A stretch of 64,000 bases of DNA, taken from the human T2T-CHM13v2.0 reference genome, Homo sapiens. Below are positions 28,071 to 44,786 of this stretch, piece by piece. The stretch lies in NCBI RefSeq assembly GCF_009914755.1, contig NC_060945.1; one strand, written 5' to 3'. Both the position numbers and the translations under genes were made by a program. The notes beneath the pieces are model-generated. The model was not told the DNA's origin. It made no database searches and saw only the letters and a list, made by a program, of their open reading frames with translations. How positions within the stretch are numbered: the stretch's first letter is position 1; each line of letters starts with the position of its first letter.

Positions 28071-28989
28071 CATGGCTTGCTTTTTAAGTCAAAACCTTAC
28101 TTGACCTTTCTAGAACATCGAACATTGTTGACACTCCCTCTTTGAAAGTCTGCCATTCCGTGATTTCCATGACATCATTCTGTCCTAGTTTCTCTTATTT
28201 CTCCAATTGCCTCTTCTCAATCTCTTACATGGTTTCCTCTTGGACTTTTTCTCTCTTATTCTACTCCAGTGTTTCCTGCTCTAAATTATATTCCTCCCTA
28301 GAGAGTCACAGTGCTCCTTAGCATGTTAGAGGCTCCAATAAGTCCTTTTATACAATGGAGAACTTTGTTTAACTTGTTAACCCAGTCTTTCTCAACCCAG
28401 TGTTTCTTTATCACCATGGAATCTGTATCCCTTTGTGAAACACTAAATGTCAATGGCCAGTCTGAGGGAGAAGATGCAGGAAAAGAACGTGAAAGAAGAG
28501 AATAGTGTCACAATAGCCACAAAATGTGACAAATCATAAAATGCTACTTAATTTCATCAACATAGATTGAAGAGAAAAGTTCTATGGGTTGTCTAGAGTG
28601 TTGCCTAGGGCTTTAACAGGAAAACTTCCTAGAGGTGGTGAGACTTAAGAGGGGTCTTGAGGGTTGGAGAAAATTGTAATAGGGAGGAGACAGCACTCCC
28701 ACCCATGCCTGTACCTCCTCTCTGAGTGAGGGCTGTACAAGGGATAAGAAAGGCTACATGAACATCTCCTTTGTCCTTGACATGCCTCTGAAGATGGTAT
28801 TAAGGTTTAAAGGCAAGTGCTTGATTATGTAAGGTTGTTTTAGATCAGCATTCTCAGAACAAAATAGACTATGGAACACTTTTTAAAAGACTGTATTGCC
28901 AGACCTCCAAAGGAACTCCTAAGGTACAATGCTCACTAGTTTTAAGTAGGCACTCAAATTAATTTACCACTATAATTCATTATGATGCT

Positions 28990-29703
<714 letters not shown>

Positions 29704-29822
29704 ATGCTATTTTCAATTGTATATCAACATTTTAAAAAAGCAAATAATTTTAAAAAATTGCTCACCTTGTGTTATTAAATTTAGAATGCTTTATTAAGCT
29801 TATTTTGATTTTATAGTAATAG

Positions 29823-30365
<543 letters not shown>

Positions 30366-30604
30366 AGTTGTGGCTTTTAAAATCTCCTTTTAAGTTACTA
30401 TCTAGAAAAATATTTTAGGAATTGACTCTATCATTTTAAGCATCAAATATATTCATGTAATTTTTTGTTGCAGCATAATGTGAAAATTGTTTCTGCACAG
30501 TAATGTCTTTTGTGTCAGAATTGGCTACTTCAAAATCTTTTGTTCTTTAATCCCGGGCAGTTATCTCTTAATTAAAAAAATTAAAGTGGTATATTCATTA
30601 TATC

Positions 30605-31219
30605 ATAGTCTCCCCTTATCCACAGTTTTCCTTTTTGCAATTTTACCCGTGGCCAACCACAGTCGAAAAATACTAAATGAAAAGTTCAAGAAATAAACAA
30701 TTCACCTGGGATGGGAATCATCCCTTTGTCTGGTGTATTCATGCTGTAGAAGCTACCCACCTGTTAGTCACTGATATTGCCTGTTCCTGTCATCCAATCA
30801 GTGACATCGTTGTGGCTGAATGATTCGGGATCACTTGAAGCAGATGATTCTCCTTCTGATGTATTGTCAGAAGGTCAATAGTAGCCTAATGCTACCTCAC
30901 GATGCCTGTTACCCACCTCATTTTATCTCATCACGTCGGCATTTTATCTCTTACATTATTACAAGAAGGGTGAATACAGTAGAATAAGATATTTTGAGAG
31001 AGACGTCATTCACATAATTCTTATTCAGCATATTGTTATAATTGTTCTATTATTCTTGTTATTAATCTTGTACTGTGCCTAACTTATAAATTAAACTTTA
31101 TCATAAGTATGTTTGTATAGGGAAAAACAGAGTGTATATAGGGTTTGGTACTATCCATGGCTTCAGACATCCACTGGGGGTCTTGGAACGTATCTCTCAT
31201 GAATTAGGGGGGACTAGTG
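30605..31219 (+). mobile_element. MER44 (Tigger7-derived) DNA transposon
   Basis: TIR-like ends TAGTCTCCCCTTATCCAC ... ATGAATTAGGGGGGACTA; internal AAATTAAACTTTATCATA. Confidence 0.88.
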
Positions 31220-31254
31220 TGTTCCATTCCATCTTCTCCATAATTCACTTCACT

Positions 31255-32460
31255 TCCATTCATTCAGCAAATATTTACTGAGTACCATATGGCAAGCATT
31301 GTTCTTCGCCCTTGGGATTATTAACAAAAATTAGTAGCCAAAATAAAGGGCCCCACCTTCAGTACATAAACACATATATAATGCATTAGAAGATAATAAT
31401 GCTATTTTCAATTGTATATCGTTTGAAAATATGAAAAAAGAAAAAGAAAAGCAGGATCAAAGGAATCAGGAATGTCGAAGGGGAAAGGTGAGCTGAAGGT
31501 GAGCTGAAATATTTAATAGAGAGATCAGAGGAGATTTTATTAAGGAGGTGTCCTTTGAGCAAAGACTTGAAGAAGTGAGGGAGTTAATAGACATCTAAAG
31601 GAAGAGTCTTTCAGATGGAGGAAACAGCCAGAGTCTGGCCTGATTGAGGATGAACAAGGAAGCCAGTGTCCCTGGAGCAGAGGGAGGGAAGAGTCAAGAA
31701 AAGGAGGTTCGAAAGCAATGGGCCACTTTGCATAGGACCTTCTATGCCAATGAAAGAACTTCCCCTTCTACTCTGGGGAAATGAAGAACCAGTCCAAGGT
31801 TTTGAGCAGAAGAGTGCCATGATCTGACTTAGCATTTTAAAGGGTCACTCTAGTGGATGTGTTGAGATTAGATTCCAGAAAGGCAGGACAGAAGCAGGAC
31901 AGTCAGGAGGCTATTGTAGCAATCCAAGAAAGAGATGTTAGTGCTCAGACCACAGTAGTAGCTATGGGAGGAGTGAGAAGTGGTCAGATTCGGAATGCAT
32001 TTTGAAGGTAAAGTCAGTAGGTTTTGCTAATGAATAGGAATGGGCTGTGATACGTGGGATCACTAAAGATAAATGCCAGATTTTTCTCAACCAGAGCAAT
32101 GGAATAATTGAGTTGCCATCATCTGAGGTGGAGAAGGTGGAACAGGTTTAGAAAGAAAGATGATATTTGGATGTAGAGTTTGAAATGTCTCATAAACTTT
32201 CAGGTGATAGGCATTTGGATCTGAAGTTCAGCAAAGATGTCCAGAATGGAAATATGTATTTGGGAGTGTTTAGCATGTCAGAGTGTTTAATGCCAGGAAT
32301 CTGGATCACATCATTAAAGAAGGAAATACAGATAGAGAAGTAGATTTGACCAAGGATGGGAGCCATGAGAAGAAAAACTAGGAAAGTGTGTTGTCCTGGA
32401 CGTTAAGTGTAGAAAGCGTGTTAAGAAGAAGGGTGTGATGGATTGTGTCAATTGAGGTAG
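31255..32460 (-). mobile_element. L2a 3' segment
   Basis: CATTCATTCAGCAAATATTTACTGAG tail; GGTTTTGAGCAGAAGAGTGCCATGATCTGACTT; GGAGGCTATTGTAGCAATCCA. Confidence 0.85.
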
Positions 32461-32627
32461 TTATGGAAGGCATCATCATAAATTATGTTTTACAGAGGAC
32501 GAGACACAGCCAAAGAGGTTTTAACTATCCAAAACATATCATAGCAAGGACAAAAAAGGAGGAAGAATTTAAACCCAGGGCTTTTCCACTGTAATGAAAT
32601 AGTCATTACCTTTAAAAAGGTAGGGGA

Positions 32628-32943
32628 GGCCAGGTGTGGTGGCTTACACCTATAATCCCAGCATTTTGGGAGGCTGAAGCAAGCAGATCACTTGAGCCCA
32701 CAAGTTTGAGACCAGCTTGGGCAACACGGTGAAACCCCATTTCTACAAAAAATAGAAAAATTAGCCAGACATGTTGGCTAACAGCTGTGGTCCAGCTACT
32801 CGGAAGGCTGAGGTGGGGGATCACCTGAGCCCGGGGAGGTTGAGGCTGCAGTGACCCATGATTGCGCGCCTGCACTCCAGCCTGGGCAACAGAGTGAAAC
32901 CCTGTCTCAAAAAAAAGAAAAAAAAGAAAAAAAGAAAAAAAAA
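32628..32943 (+). mobile_element. AluJ
   Basis: Dimer with (A)nG tail. Confidence 0.93.
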
Positions 32944-33084
32944 GAAGATGGGGGAAAAGTATAACCCTAACAATTCATTTTTCATAGAACATCCTCATAC
33001 GCGATTATTGTAGAATCATTTGTGAAATGTTCTATCTGCGTCACCACATTGGATAAAAAGCAATGTGAAGTGAGGGGAGAGGGA

Positions 33085-33300
33085 TGAGAAGCAAGTATTT
33101 ATAGAGAATCTACTGTGTGCCAAGAGGTAGGCTAAGCAATTATGTACATGATTTTATTTCATCTTTACAACCAGCTAGGGAAGGCATTACTAGCTTCATT
33201 TTACTTAAACTGAGGCTGTAGCTTATCCAAGGTGACGTGGCTAGTAATTCACAGCACTGGGTTTCAAATACTGGGTTATGACTTCCTAAAGACAGAATGA
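33085..33300 (-). mobile_element. MIR
   Basis: CATTTTACTTAAACTGAGGCT...TCCAAGGTGACGTGGCTAGTAA. Confidence 0.65.
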
Positions 33301-33725
33301 TTCTGTTTCCATCTATAATGAAGACTAAGACTTAAGTTGCATTTCTCTAATAGACTACTCTTTTCTTACCTTGCTAGACTCTAATGTTGTCTTTTATTTA
33401 ATTTTAGATGATACTTACTCAAAAAGCCAAGCTGCTGAAAATAATAGTGGTAGAATACAATTTAGTTCTTTATCCCAATGGGGGTAAAGTCAGTTCTGAT
33501 ACCACCTTATTAAGACTAAGTGCTAAGATTATGTGCTAAGGCTGACTCTAAATAATTTCAAAACTTTTGGTAGATTCTGTCATAAATCCAGTTCTCTTCA
33601 TGCTATGACAAACATCAAACAGCCATTTCACTTGAGTTATATTACGACAATTAGACTTTTGCCTACCATATCTGGACACAAATACCTTTGTTCTTCTTTC
33701 CAATACTCAATTTGAAAGAGTTTCA

Positions 33726-34042
<317 letters not shown>

Positions 34043-34957
34043 TTGACCTTTATCCAATAGCACAAAAACTCATTTCCTGACCATTCTAGGAAGCAGCTCC
34101 AAAGGTCCCACTGATTTTAATGTGTGCAGATATTCACTAAATTATTTATTTTATTGGTCTAGTTCACTGATCCTAAAAAAGTGCGTGTTGGTGTTAGCTC
34201 ACAGTTGGATGTGTAGGACTAGTTTTGAACTAAAAAAGTCAGAGAACTGTTTTTACCAAAAGAAAAGGGAAATTGTGGTTCCTGGATTTACAGGACCCAA
34301 GAAATCAGGGTAGCTAATTCTTAGGAATCTTGCCTGACAATTGTGAATATGACAGTTAAGCAATGCCAAACCATTGTTTCCATGTTCTGCACTTCAAAAT
34401 AAATGGTTCTTGTTTTTTGGCTTCCTGAGGACTAATCAAAGGAAGCATGAAGCAACAATGGCTGGGAAGTTTCCCTTGGTTTTCAAATTTCTTCTGTAAG
34501 CACTTGTGGTAATAGAATTTAATTAATAACACTTGTATGTAATGTAAGGGCCAAGATTTTATGAGTCATCTTCCAGCAGGAAAGTTGAAAAATAAAATTC
34601 ACACAGCTCTCATATTTTAAGAAATGAAGTTTGATAGAAAGTGTGCATGCTAAATCATTGGCCATATAAAATCTCTAGTATTTTAAAGGCTGAATATCAG
34701 ATCATGGTCCGTGGAGACCATTTCTTTCTCCCAGCTTTGTGGGTGGTAAAATCGAGAAAGCTTAGTAAACTCATTAATAAGTAGAAGCCCAAAATTATGT
34801 GGAGTGGGTTATTAGTTCCCTGTGTAAGAAAAATAATACAAAAAAAATGCTTATTCTTGCAAATTTTACAAAATGTGCATGCATTGCTAAGCCTTCCCCA
34901 CCCACCCTCACTTGGGCCTTGGTAAGTACTCTTGTAAGGGTTGGTCCCAAAACTTAA

Positions 34958-35345
<388 letters not shown>

Positions 35346-35637
35346 AGAAAAGGATTCTCTTTGTTTGAGAAATGCTAAGATAACCTCATTTGCAGATTAT
35401 ACATTTAACAGATTGGTGATATTAGAGAATCCTTTTGATCTCTTTTTATGCTAATCTCTGCCAAACACATTAAACTGTTAGTGATTGTGGAAATTCACTC
35501 AGTAAAGCAGAGAAGTAAAACTACAAAGATATAAAGGAAGTTTGAAACAATACCAAACATCTACGTAGCGTGGGAGGTGGAGAGAGTTTAGTAGATGGTA
35601 GTGATGTATCTTGTCACATACATTGTTTAAGCAGCTA

Positions 35638-35787
35638 TTTTTCTTTTTCTTTCTTTCTTTTTTTTTTTGTTGAGGTGGGGTCTTGCTGTGTTGCCCAAGC
35701 TTGTCTCAAACTCCTGGGCTCAAGCAATACTCCCAAATCAGCCTCCCAAGTAACTGGGATTACAGGTGCATGCCACCACATCCAGGT
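35638..35787 (-). mobile_element. Alu monomer (FLAM-like)
   Basis: Single reversed arm with T tail. Confidence 0.8.
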
Positions 35788-37328
35788 GGTTTAGTAAGTA
35801 ACAAATACCTGTGGAATAATTATTTCTCTATCCCTGACCCAAACAGCCCCTGAGAAATCTGGGTGTGTATCAGCTGTTAGGGTGTTTTGTGCAGAGATGC
35901 ACAGATTCTCACAGAATTTCAGAACCAGAGTTCAAATCCAGGTTCAGAGACTCAGTTTTAACCACTTGCCCAGAGCTGATCAAACTCTGGAGAAATGATT
36001 TACAATACCTAATCTTAAAAATGATTTATTTGACAAGTAAATGAGTAAGTATATTTCTAGTGAGAAATAGAACTGCCAAATGCTGGCAGTGGTTCTGTAC
36101 TTTTAATCTTTAAAAGCTGTATCTAGGTCTAGGAGTTAGGTAACTACAATTTCAGATTAAAGAGCAATGAATAATCCTAATTTATATAGCTCTCAAAGTC
36201 TGATGCACCATCTCTGCTGTAGAGGTGCGCCTATACACAACGCAGACCATGTCTCATTAGTAAGGAGGGCACCCAGGCTTGTTGTTCTTTCTCTCTTTGC
36301 CATTACGCCAAGTGTCTGTTTTGATGTCTGACATCTTTCATATTCTTCTACTATCCACTAATGAAGTGTTAGGGCCATCGTTTTGTTTTCTGGTAACTTA
36401 CTCTTAAGGAGAAGCAATTAGAACACAGAATGGCCAATAACCATGGCTTCCACTGAGTATGTGGCTCTTATTAGCATCCATTTTGGAAGGGGTATTTCCT
36501 TATTTTGTCTTGATAGTCTACTAGATTTGAATTGACTGTTGCCGTCTATCTAAAATCTATAGTTAATGTCACAGGTAAATGAATTGTGTTTGGCTGAGAT
36601 TGTCACTTGGGGAAAATCAAAGACTACAGAATCCTAAAATGGCTTCTTCATGTCTGATGAGGAGTGCCTGGTGAGACATTCAGCCACTGATGGTTTTCCT
36701 GTACCACTGGCTACCATTACACAATTGAACATGTGCAGGACAATTTTTTTTGAAATTTTTGGGAATTTATTTTACTTCGAGAAGTTAATTTAATTACTTC
36801 ATCTCTTTCTAATATCACTGAAAAATTTTAATCTAGTTGTTTGTGCAATGGAATGCCCTGGAAGTTTTCCTGAACTTAGTAATGCATGTAACTTATATGA
36901 AAATAACTTTATCCTCAATTCTGAATCATCAGTAGTCCCTCTTATACTTAAGTTGTCGAAGAACCAGAAAAGGGAGAGGGCATAAAACTTTTGTGCATAA
37001 ATATACACGGTTTATTCAAATTAGTTCATTCACCATAAACGTTTACTCATTAACACTGTCTCTGTTAAGATGGAAATTTGTAGTATACTCTCTGAATAAT
37101 ATCTTTACAACCCTAAAGGTTGAAAATGGCTATGAAGCCATTACAGTGTGTCTGGCGGTCTTATGTCTGGAGCTACTTTCTCATAATGCCTTGTACTGAT
37201 TTGAGGGCAGGGAGAGAGGAAAGGGGACTGTGGAGCAGACTAAGCAGATGGACATCTTGGCTTCCCTGCTTTCTAAAACACTGTGACCTCCAGCAACTTA
37301 TTTAACTACTCTCAATTGTCATATCTCT

Positions 37329-38007
37329 TGATATGGTTTGGCTGTGTCCCCACCCAAATCTCATCTTGAATTGTAGCTCCTGTAATTCCCACATGCTGTG
37401 GGAGGGACCTGGTGGGAGATAAGTGAATCATGAGGGCAGTTTCCCCCATACTGTTTTCATTGTAGTGAATAAGTCTCACGCGATCTGATGGTTTTATAAG
37501 GGGTTTCCCCTTTTGCTTGGCTCTCATTCTCTCTTGACTGCCGCCATGTAAGATGTGCCTTTTGCCTTCCACCATAATTGTGAGGCCTCCCCAGCCACAT
37601 GGAACTGTGAGTCCATTAAACCTCTTTCCTTTATAAGTTACGCAGTCTTGGCCAGGTGCAGTGGCTCACGCCTATAATCCAAGCACTTTGGGAGGCCTAG
37701 GTAGGTGGATCACCTGAAGTCAGGAGTTCGAGACCAGCCTGGCCAACATCATGAAACCCCATCTCTACTAAAAAATACAAACATTAGCCAGGTGTGGTGG
37801 CACGTGCCTGTGATCCCAGCTACTCAGGAGGCTGGGGCATGAGAATCACTTGAACCTGGGAGGTGGAGGTTGCAGTGAGCTGAGATCGTGCTACTACACT
37901 CTACCCTCGGTGACAGAGCGAGACTCTGCCTCAAAAAATAAAATAAAATAAAAAATAAAAAATAAATAAATTGCCCAGTCTCAGCAGTGTGAGAACAGAC
38001 TAATATA
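37329..38007 (+). mobile_element. THE1B/C MaLR solo LTR, sense to JAM2, with Alu insertion
   Basis: TGATATGGTTTGGCTGTGTCCCCACCCAAATCTC...GAGAACAGACTAATATA; TSD TCTCT/TCTGT. Confidence 0.92.
37650..37968 (+). mobile_element. AluS inside THE1 LTR
   Basis: TSD TAAGTTACGCAGTCT / TAAATTGCCCAGTCT. Confidence 0.95.
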
Positions 38008-38751
38008 TCTGTCAAATGAGGATTTTAGTGCAGTGGAGTCATTTCTTACTTAGAAGTTAGGTTCTTAAGGGGAGAATTTATTCATAGTGAAAATTATCCT
38101 TAAATTCCTAAGATGATCATAAACTGACCAGGACATCAGCCACCAGTAACTCTAAAGTCAAGTGTGTCTTTTCTTTCTCCTTGCATTTTGGTGTGGCTTC
38201 CCTTTCTCTGAAAATAGGATACCAATGTCTCATTAAGAGGAAGGGCCAGATTGTCTAGTTCGAGAGACTGTAAAGACATGTGTCTGCCTCTTTTTCTTTC
38301 TCCCCTACTCTCTAAATCTAGTATGGTTAGACGATAATGAGATAGATGACCATAATATCTAGCTCCAAATTAGTTCCTACCTCATTGGGTTACTTTCTAT
38401 TAATATACATATTTATCCATAATAAATACTGGGTGGCATTATTTTATTTGTCAATGCCAACCCTGTGCAACTTTTTATATTTGTTAGTATATGTGCTAAT
38501 CTGTTCTCCCACTGCTATAAATAAATAAATACCTGAAACTGTGTAATTTATAAAGACAAGAGGTTGAACTGGCTCACGGTTCTGCAGGCTGTACAGGAAG
38601 CATAGTGGCTTCTGCTTCTGGGGAGGCCTCAGGAAGCTTCCAATCATGGAGGAAGGCGAAGGGGGCACAGGCGTCTCACATGGTGTGACAGGCATCTCAC
38701 ATGGTGTGAGCTAGAGCAAGAGAGAAAGTGGGGAGGTGCTACACACTTTTT

Positions 38752-39332
<581 letters not shown>

Positions 39333-39524
39333 TTAGGAATTACAACTGAACATGAGATTTGGGTGGGACACAGATCTAAACCATATCAGTATAATAATTG
39401 TCTTTCAGTAACTATCAAAACCACATGGCCATAAATTTTTATTTTTATGAAACTTATGATATAACTGATATCCATACTTTTTATAATTTGCTTTTATACA
39501 TGATAATGTGATACTATACATTTA

Positions 39525-39893
<369 letters not shown>

Positions 39894-40625
39894 TCATGTT
39901 TTCAATTAAAAGTGTTAATTTAAATAACACCTTTATAGTAATTTTAAAATTGTCATAATATAAAGTATATATTCTTAGTCAAACCAGACTATCTTAGATG
40001 AGTAATAGAGAATACAAAAACTTTTGTTTTTAAAGTTGGGAGGAAAAGAAACACAAAAGGTTTCATTTGACTGGGAATTATTTGACTTGGAGTTGTTAGC
40101 AGTTATGAAAATAATCATCTCTTCACCTTATTTTATGAACTTCTGCCAGTGCTTTTGGAACATGTTCATAACTGTTAAAGATGTTCTGAGGCTAACTTTA
40201 AGACAATTGTTGACCTCAACCAGCAGGCCTACATGACCATTTTCTTTTGTTTATTTTCCTATTTAATTTGTTCTGGAAAAGTGAAGAAAAAATAAAAATC
40301 ACTTCAAGAATGCAGCCAACAGGGGCTATACCTAACATCTGCTAGTGATATGCTGATATAAAATCCAACATTTTGTTTTTATAAAAAGAGTTATTAGGTA
40401 CAAGTTTTGTAAAAAGGAACTCTAAGACTAGAAAGGCTAAAACAAGGTAGAAATCTTATAAATTTTTTTAATTTAAAGATTCAGAGCTTTCTGTTCAAAT
40501 AAGTTCCACATAAGTGACCATACATTTTAAATATTTTTACTTAATTTGTTGGTAAACCCTGAAGTAAATAGAATTAGAGGAAGAAAGGTAGCTAGAAGGA
40601 GAAGATACTTAAAATCACAAAAATA

Positions 40626-40750
40626 GGTACAATGTATGTTTGGATGACGGCTACACTAAAAGCCCAGACTTCACCACTACACAATATACCCATGTAACAA
40701 AATTGCACTTGTGCCCCTTAAATTTATACACACAAAAAGAAAAAAAAAAG
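40626..40750 (+). mobile_element. Short L1 (L1PB4/L1MA-type) 3' end
   Basis: CTACACTAAAAGCCCAGACTTCACCACTACACAATATACCCATGTAACAAAA plus A tail. Confidence 0.85.
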
Positions 40751-41508
40751 GAAATAAATATTCAGCTACTAAGAAATACTACCGATAATTAATTTATTAA
40801 AGCTAATTCCCTTTATAATTTTTTGCCTACATAATTTTGCCAATTCAACTAATCCTCTTTTTTAACATCTGTGATACATCGTTTTTCTGTTCAAATATTA
40901 ATATACACATAAAAAATGTACAAGGGAATTAACAAAATTCCTGAAGCTAACAGCTGTTATTTTTCACAGAAATTTTATAGTAATTTTTGACAATTTAAGA
41001 AATGTTTCTTAAAGGAAATTTTAACAAGTAGAAAACTGTAATTGAGAAAGAGAAAATGATTTTCTTTCTCAATGATTCCTGAAACCCAGTTCCTAAATCT
41101 TATAATCTCAGAGTGTACTAAAGTTTGCCTGAAATGAAGGAAGGCCAGAACCTACTGAAGAAAATAAACATTCTCAGTAGGCAGTGTGATGTTTGAAAAG
41201 TTCAAAGGTATGATGATACAGAGGGAACAAAGATTATCTTTCCCTATTTTGCCCCGAGGTTTTCCTCGACTGGTTTTCAGGGAATTTGAGTCTTCATTGT
41301 TTTCTCTAAAAAGTGTAATAAAATATTTCAGAAATCACAAGAATTGTCAGTCATAAGTAGAGTTTCTCCGAGGGCATTAATTCACACAGTGTTAAAGGAG
41401 ACAAACAGACTTTTTCAAAGTATACTTTGAAAGTTTCACAGAACAATGGTTTGGCATTGGAATCACTGGCAAAAATGTTCAGAGATTTTGTCATCAAAAA
41501 TAGGAGTA

Positions 41509-41792
41509 GGCCAGGCGCGGTGGCACTTTGGCAGGCCGAGGCAGGTGGATCACTTGAGGTCAGGAGTTTGAGAACAGCCATGGTGAAACCCTGTCTCTAC
41601 TAAAAATACAAAAATTAGCCGGGTGTGGTGACGCATGCCTGTAATCCCAGCTACTCAGGAGGCTGAGGCATGAGAATCATTTGAACTCAGGAGGTGGAGG
41701 TTGCAGTGAGCCGAGATTGCACCATTGCACTCCAGCCTGGGCAATAGAGCGAGACTCAGTCTCAAAAATTTAAAAAATAAAAAATAAATAAA
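41509..41792 (+). mobile_element. AluS with two small internal deletions
   Basis: TSD AAAAATAGGAGTA / AAAAGTAGGAGTA. Confidence 0.93.
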
Positions 41793-42354
41793 AGTAGGAG
41801 TAAAGCAACAAGGTAGGTCCCGTCTTCCCTACCTCACTGAAGAGGATTCTGGCTTGGTCTCCTGTCTCATTCCTTCCTCTGCTCTCTGAAGATTCAGACT
41901 CTATCTTTGGAGTCTATAACATGTGGGAAGCAGAAGAGAAGCTAGGAAATAAAGGAATGCAGGAGAAGAAAGGGATATGGGGGAAGAGAAAAGAAAGAAC
42001 AGCTGCTATGTGATCAAAGTGTGTGGAAAAGGATATTTAAAAAGATTGCATGGACCCCTTTCATGGTTCTTGAAATATACAAGCAAAAGAGTTCTTTTGA
42101 AATGACTCCCTGGTGGACTTGACACCTCTCTAAGATTGAGCCACATGGGTCACTGCTTTCTACAGACATATTTACAGCTGTCAATAGAAAGGATCAGTTC
42201 AGTCCTGTACTCTTCACATAGACACCACGTTTGCCAGTTTCCCTATTGAATATGTTTGCCATTTAGAGCTATTGAACCTGCATATCACTGGTTTTCCTGT
42301 TATACTAGAAATCTAGTAATTTGTGTCCCACAGACTTTTGCAAATTAAAAAAAT

Positions 42355-42607
<253 letters not shown>

Positions 42608-42953
42608 GTTCTGCAAATTTTAACTTCACAATTAGATTTGCTGTCCAGGCTTTTAAGGGAAAAAAGAAATTCTCCAGAATAGCGTGTGCTCCTTAAGAGT
42701 GATAAAATCTAGCACAATGGAAGACTAATTTACATGTTGATATATAGAGATGAATAAATCAAAGAAGAGTTGTCATGTCATATGAAAGATTTCTCTCTCC
42801 TTTCCAGGAGTATAATCAATTCTCTTTCATAGTTACACAATTCTGATTTTATACAAACTTTTCAAAATCCTAGAATTCATGGTTCTTTGCCATTCTTTAT
42901 AGTCTATTGGTTTATTCCTGTTCCTGGTTGTTCAAACTGGTCTAAGTCTAGAG

Positions 42954-43177
42954 CAATGGTTCTCAACCAGGAGTGATTTCTTTACACCCATCTCTCAGGG
43001 GACATTTACTATTTAGGGACATTTTTAGTTGTCATCACTTGGGGGCATGGTGATACCGGCATCTAGTGGGTAGAAGCCAGGGATACTGCAAAACATCCTA
43101 CAGTGCACAGGACAGCCCCCTACAACAAAGAATGATTGAGTGCCAGATATCACTAGTGTCAAGATGAAGAAACCCTC
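42954..43177 (+). mobile_element. MER20 hAT-Charlie element
   Basis: CAATGGTTCTCAACC...GGCATCTAGTGGGTAGAAGCCAGGGATACTGC...AGAAACCCT; flanks GTCTAGAG / ACCTAGAC. Confidence 0.9.
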
Positions 43178-43399
43178 ACCTAGACCTCCCCTCTGGGGTT
43201 ACGTTGGTGTCCTACTTTCCTAGATCAGCCTCTTAGCTTCCACCTTCCTTTTGTGCTTCAGAGCCAGTCTTTTGCCTTCATTCTAACCACCAATTTCTCA
43301 AACTCTCCTGTCTTCATTAGACCAATGAAACTTTCCACCTGGAATCTTTGTTAATCTGCAATCCTTGCTAGTGTTCAGCTTGCGGGGATCACGGTGTGG

Positions 43400-43640
43400 G
43401 CCTAGTATAGCACAGTAATTAACTATGTGGGCTTCAGGTACTGACTGAGTCCAAAGCCAAATGCCACCGCTTACTTCTTCTATGATCATGGCCATGTTTC
43501 TTACTCTCTTTGTGCCTCAGTTTTCCCACCCTCAAAAATGTGAGTACAAATGGTACCCTGCCACAGAGAATTGTAAGAGTCAAATGAGTTAATACTTGTA
43601 AAGCGCCAAGTGCTTAATAAATGTTAGCTATTATTATCCT
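43400..43640 (+). mobile_element. MIR
   Basis: TGTGCCTCAGTTTTCCCACC...AAATGAGTTAATACTTGTAAAGCGC...AATAAATGTTAGCTATTATTAT. Confidence 0.8.
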
Positions 43641-43869
43641 TTCTCAAGGGTCCATCAAGGTCCTTGTCCTCTAAGTTACTTCCTTCTCTGTACTCTAAGT
43701 CTGGAAAGCAGGTGTAATTTACTCATGATGGTTTCTCTTAAATGTTTGCCTAAATTGTGAATGTTTTCCATTAATCTAATGGCTAGGACTTTTGATGTGG
43801 AAAGGCAGAACATACCCTATTTTTCTCTCTCAGGTTTGGCTGTCCATATCTCTTCCCTGAGCACTTTGT

Positions 43870-44620
43870 GGCATAAAGGTGAGAGATGGGAAAGAGATGG
43901 AAGGAAAAATACTTCAGAACATTTTCATGGATGACTCACAATTCTTAGTCTGCAGATGGAAGCTGATGAATGAAGGGATGAGAGGATGGGTGCATCATGG
44001 GCAGCACCTAAGTTTCTGGTGTGAGTGGCCACATGGAATGTGATGCTTTACATAGAGATGGGATTTGTAAAAATAAGACAAAGTTTGGGGGCAAGCTGAT
44101 CAGTTTTGCCTATGAGTTTGTGGTAATTGTGGGAAATGGAAATACAGATGTCCAGCAGAAAGCTGGGCTTACAAATTTAATTTCAAGAGACAGATTGGAG
44201 CTGGAGATGTGGAGTTATGACTTTTTAGCAAATAAATGCTAGTTGGGTCAATGAGAGTACAAAATACTCCATAAAAAGGAGGTAGTTTAGTCAGAAAAGC
44301 AGTTTCTGGATGGATGGATGGATGGATGGATGACGATCGATGGATGGATGGATGGATGGGCAGAACAAGGAGGAGGAAGAAGAACTCACAAAGCAGACAG
44401 AATGAAGCACCAGGATCAGAACAGAAGGATGAAGACTAGGAGAGAATCAAGTTACAGAATACAAGGGAGTCAACAGAGTCACATGTCATAGAGAGGTCAG
44501 GTAAGATACAGACTGAAAAGTGTCCGTTAGATATGCCAACAGATAGGTCATTTTCGTCTTGGTGAAAACAGGGTCAGTAGACCACAGGAAGACAGAGAAC
44601 AGATGGTAGCATGAGTGGAG
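43870..44620 (-). mobile_element. L2 remnant containing (GGAT)n at about 44307-44360
   Basis: GAGAGGTCAGGTAAGATACAGACTGAAAAGTGTCCGTTAGAT. Confidence 0.65.
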
Positions 44621-44786
44621 AAATAGCATTTCAAGTAAACTATAGAAATATATAGTCGAGAAATAACCTTCTTTAGATTTTCATGATAGGCTTAATTCAT
44701 TCTTACATCATGTATAATTTTTTGGGTGAATAACGAAGGACAGCAGTTGGATTGTTTTGCCTAAATTGTCTACTTGAGATGACCAA

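Noticed and set aside
36645-36690. CTGATGA resembling a hammerhead ribozyme core or snoRNA box
   Set aside because: No matching GAAA/stem architecture or terminal stem visible
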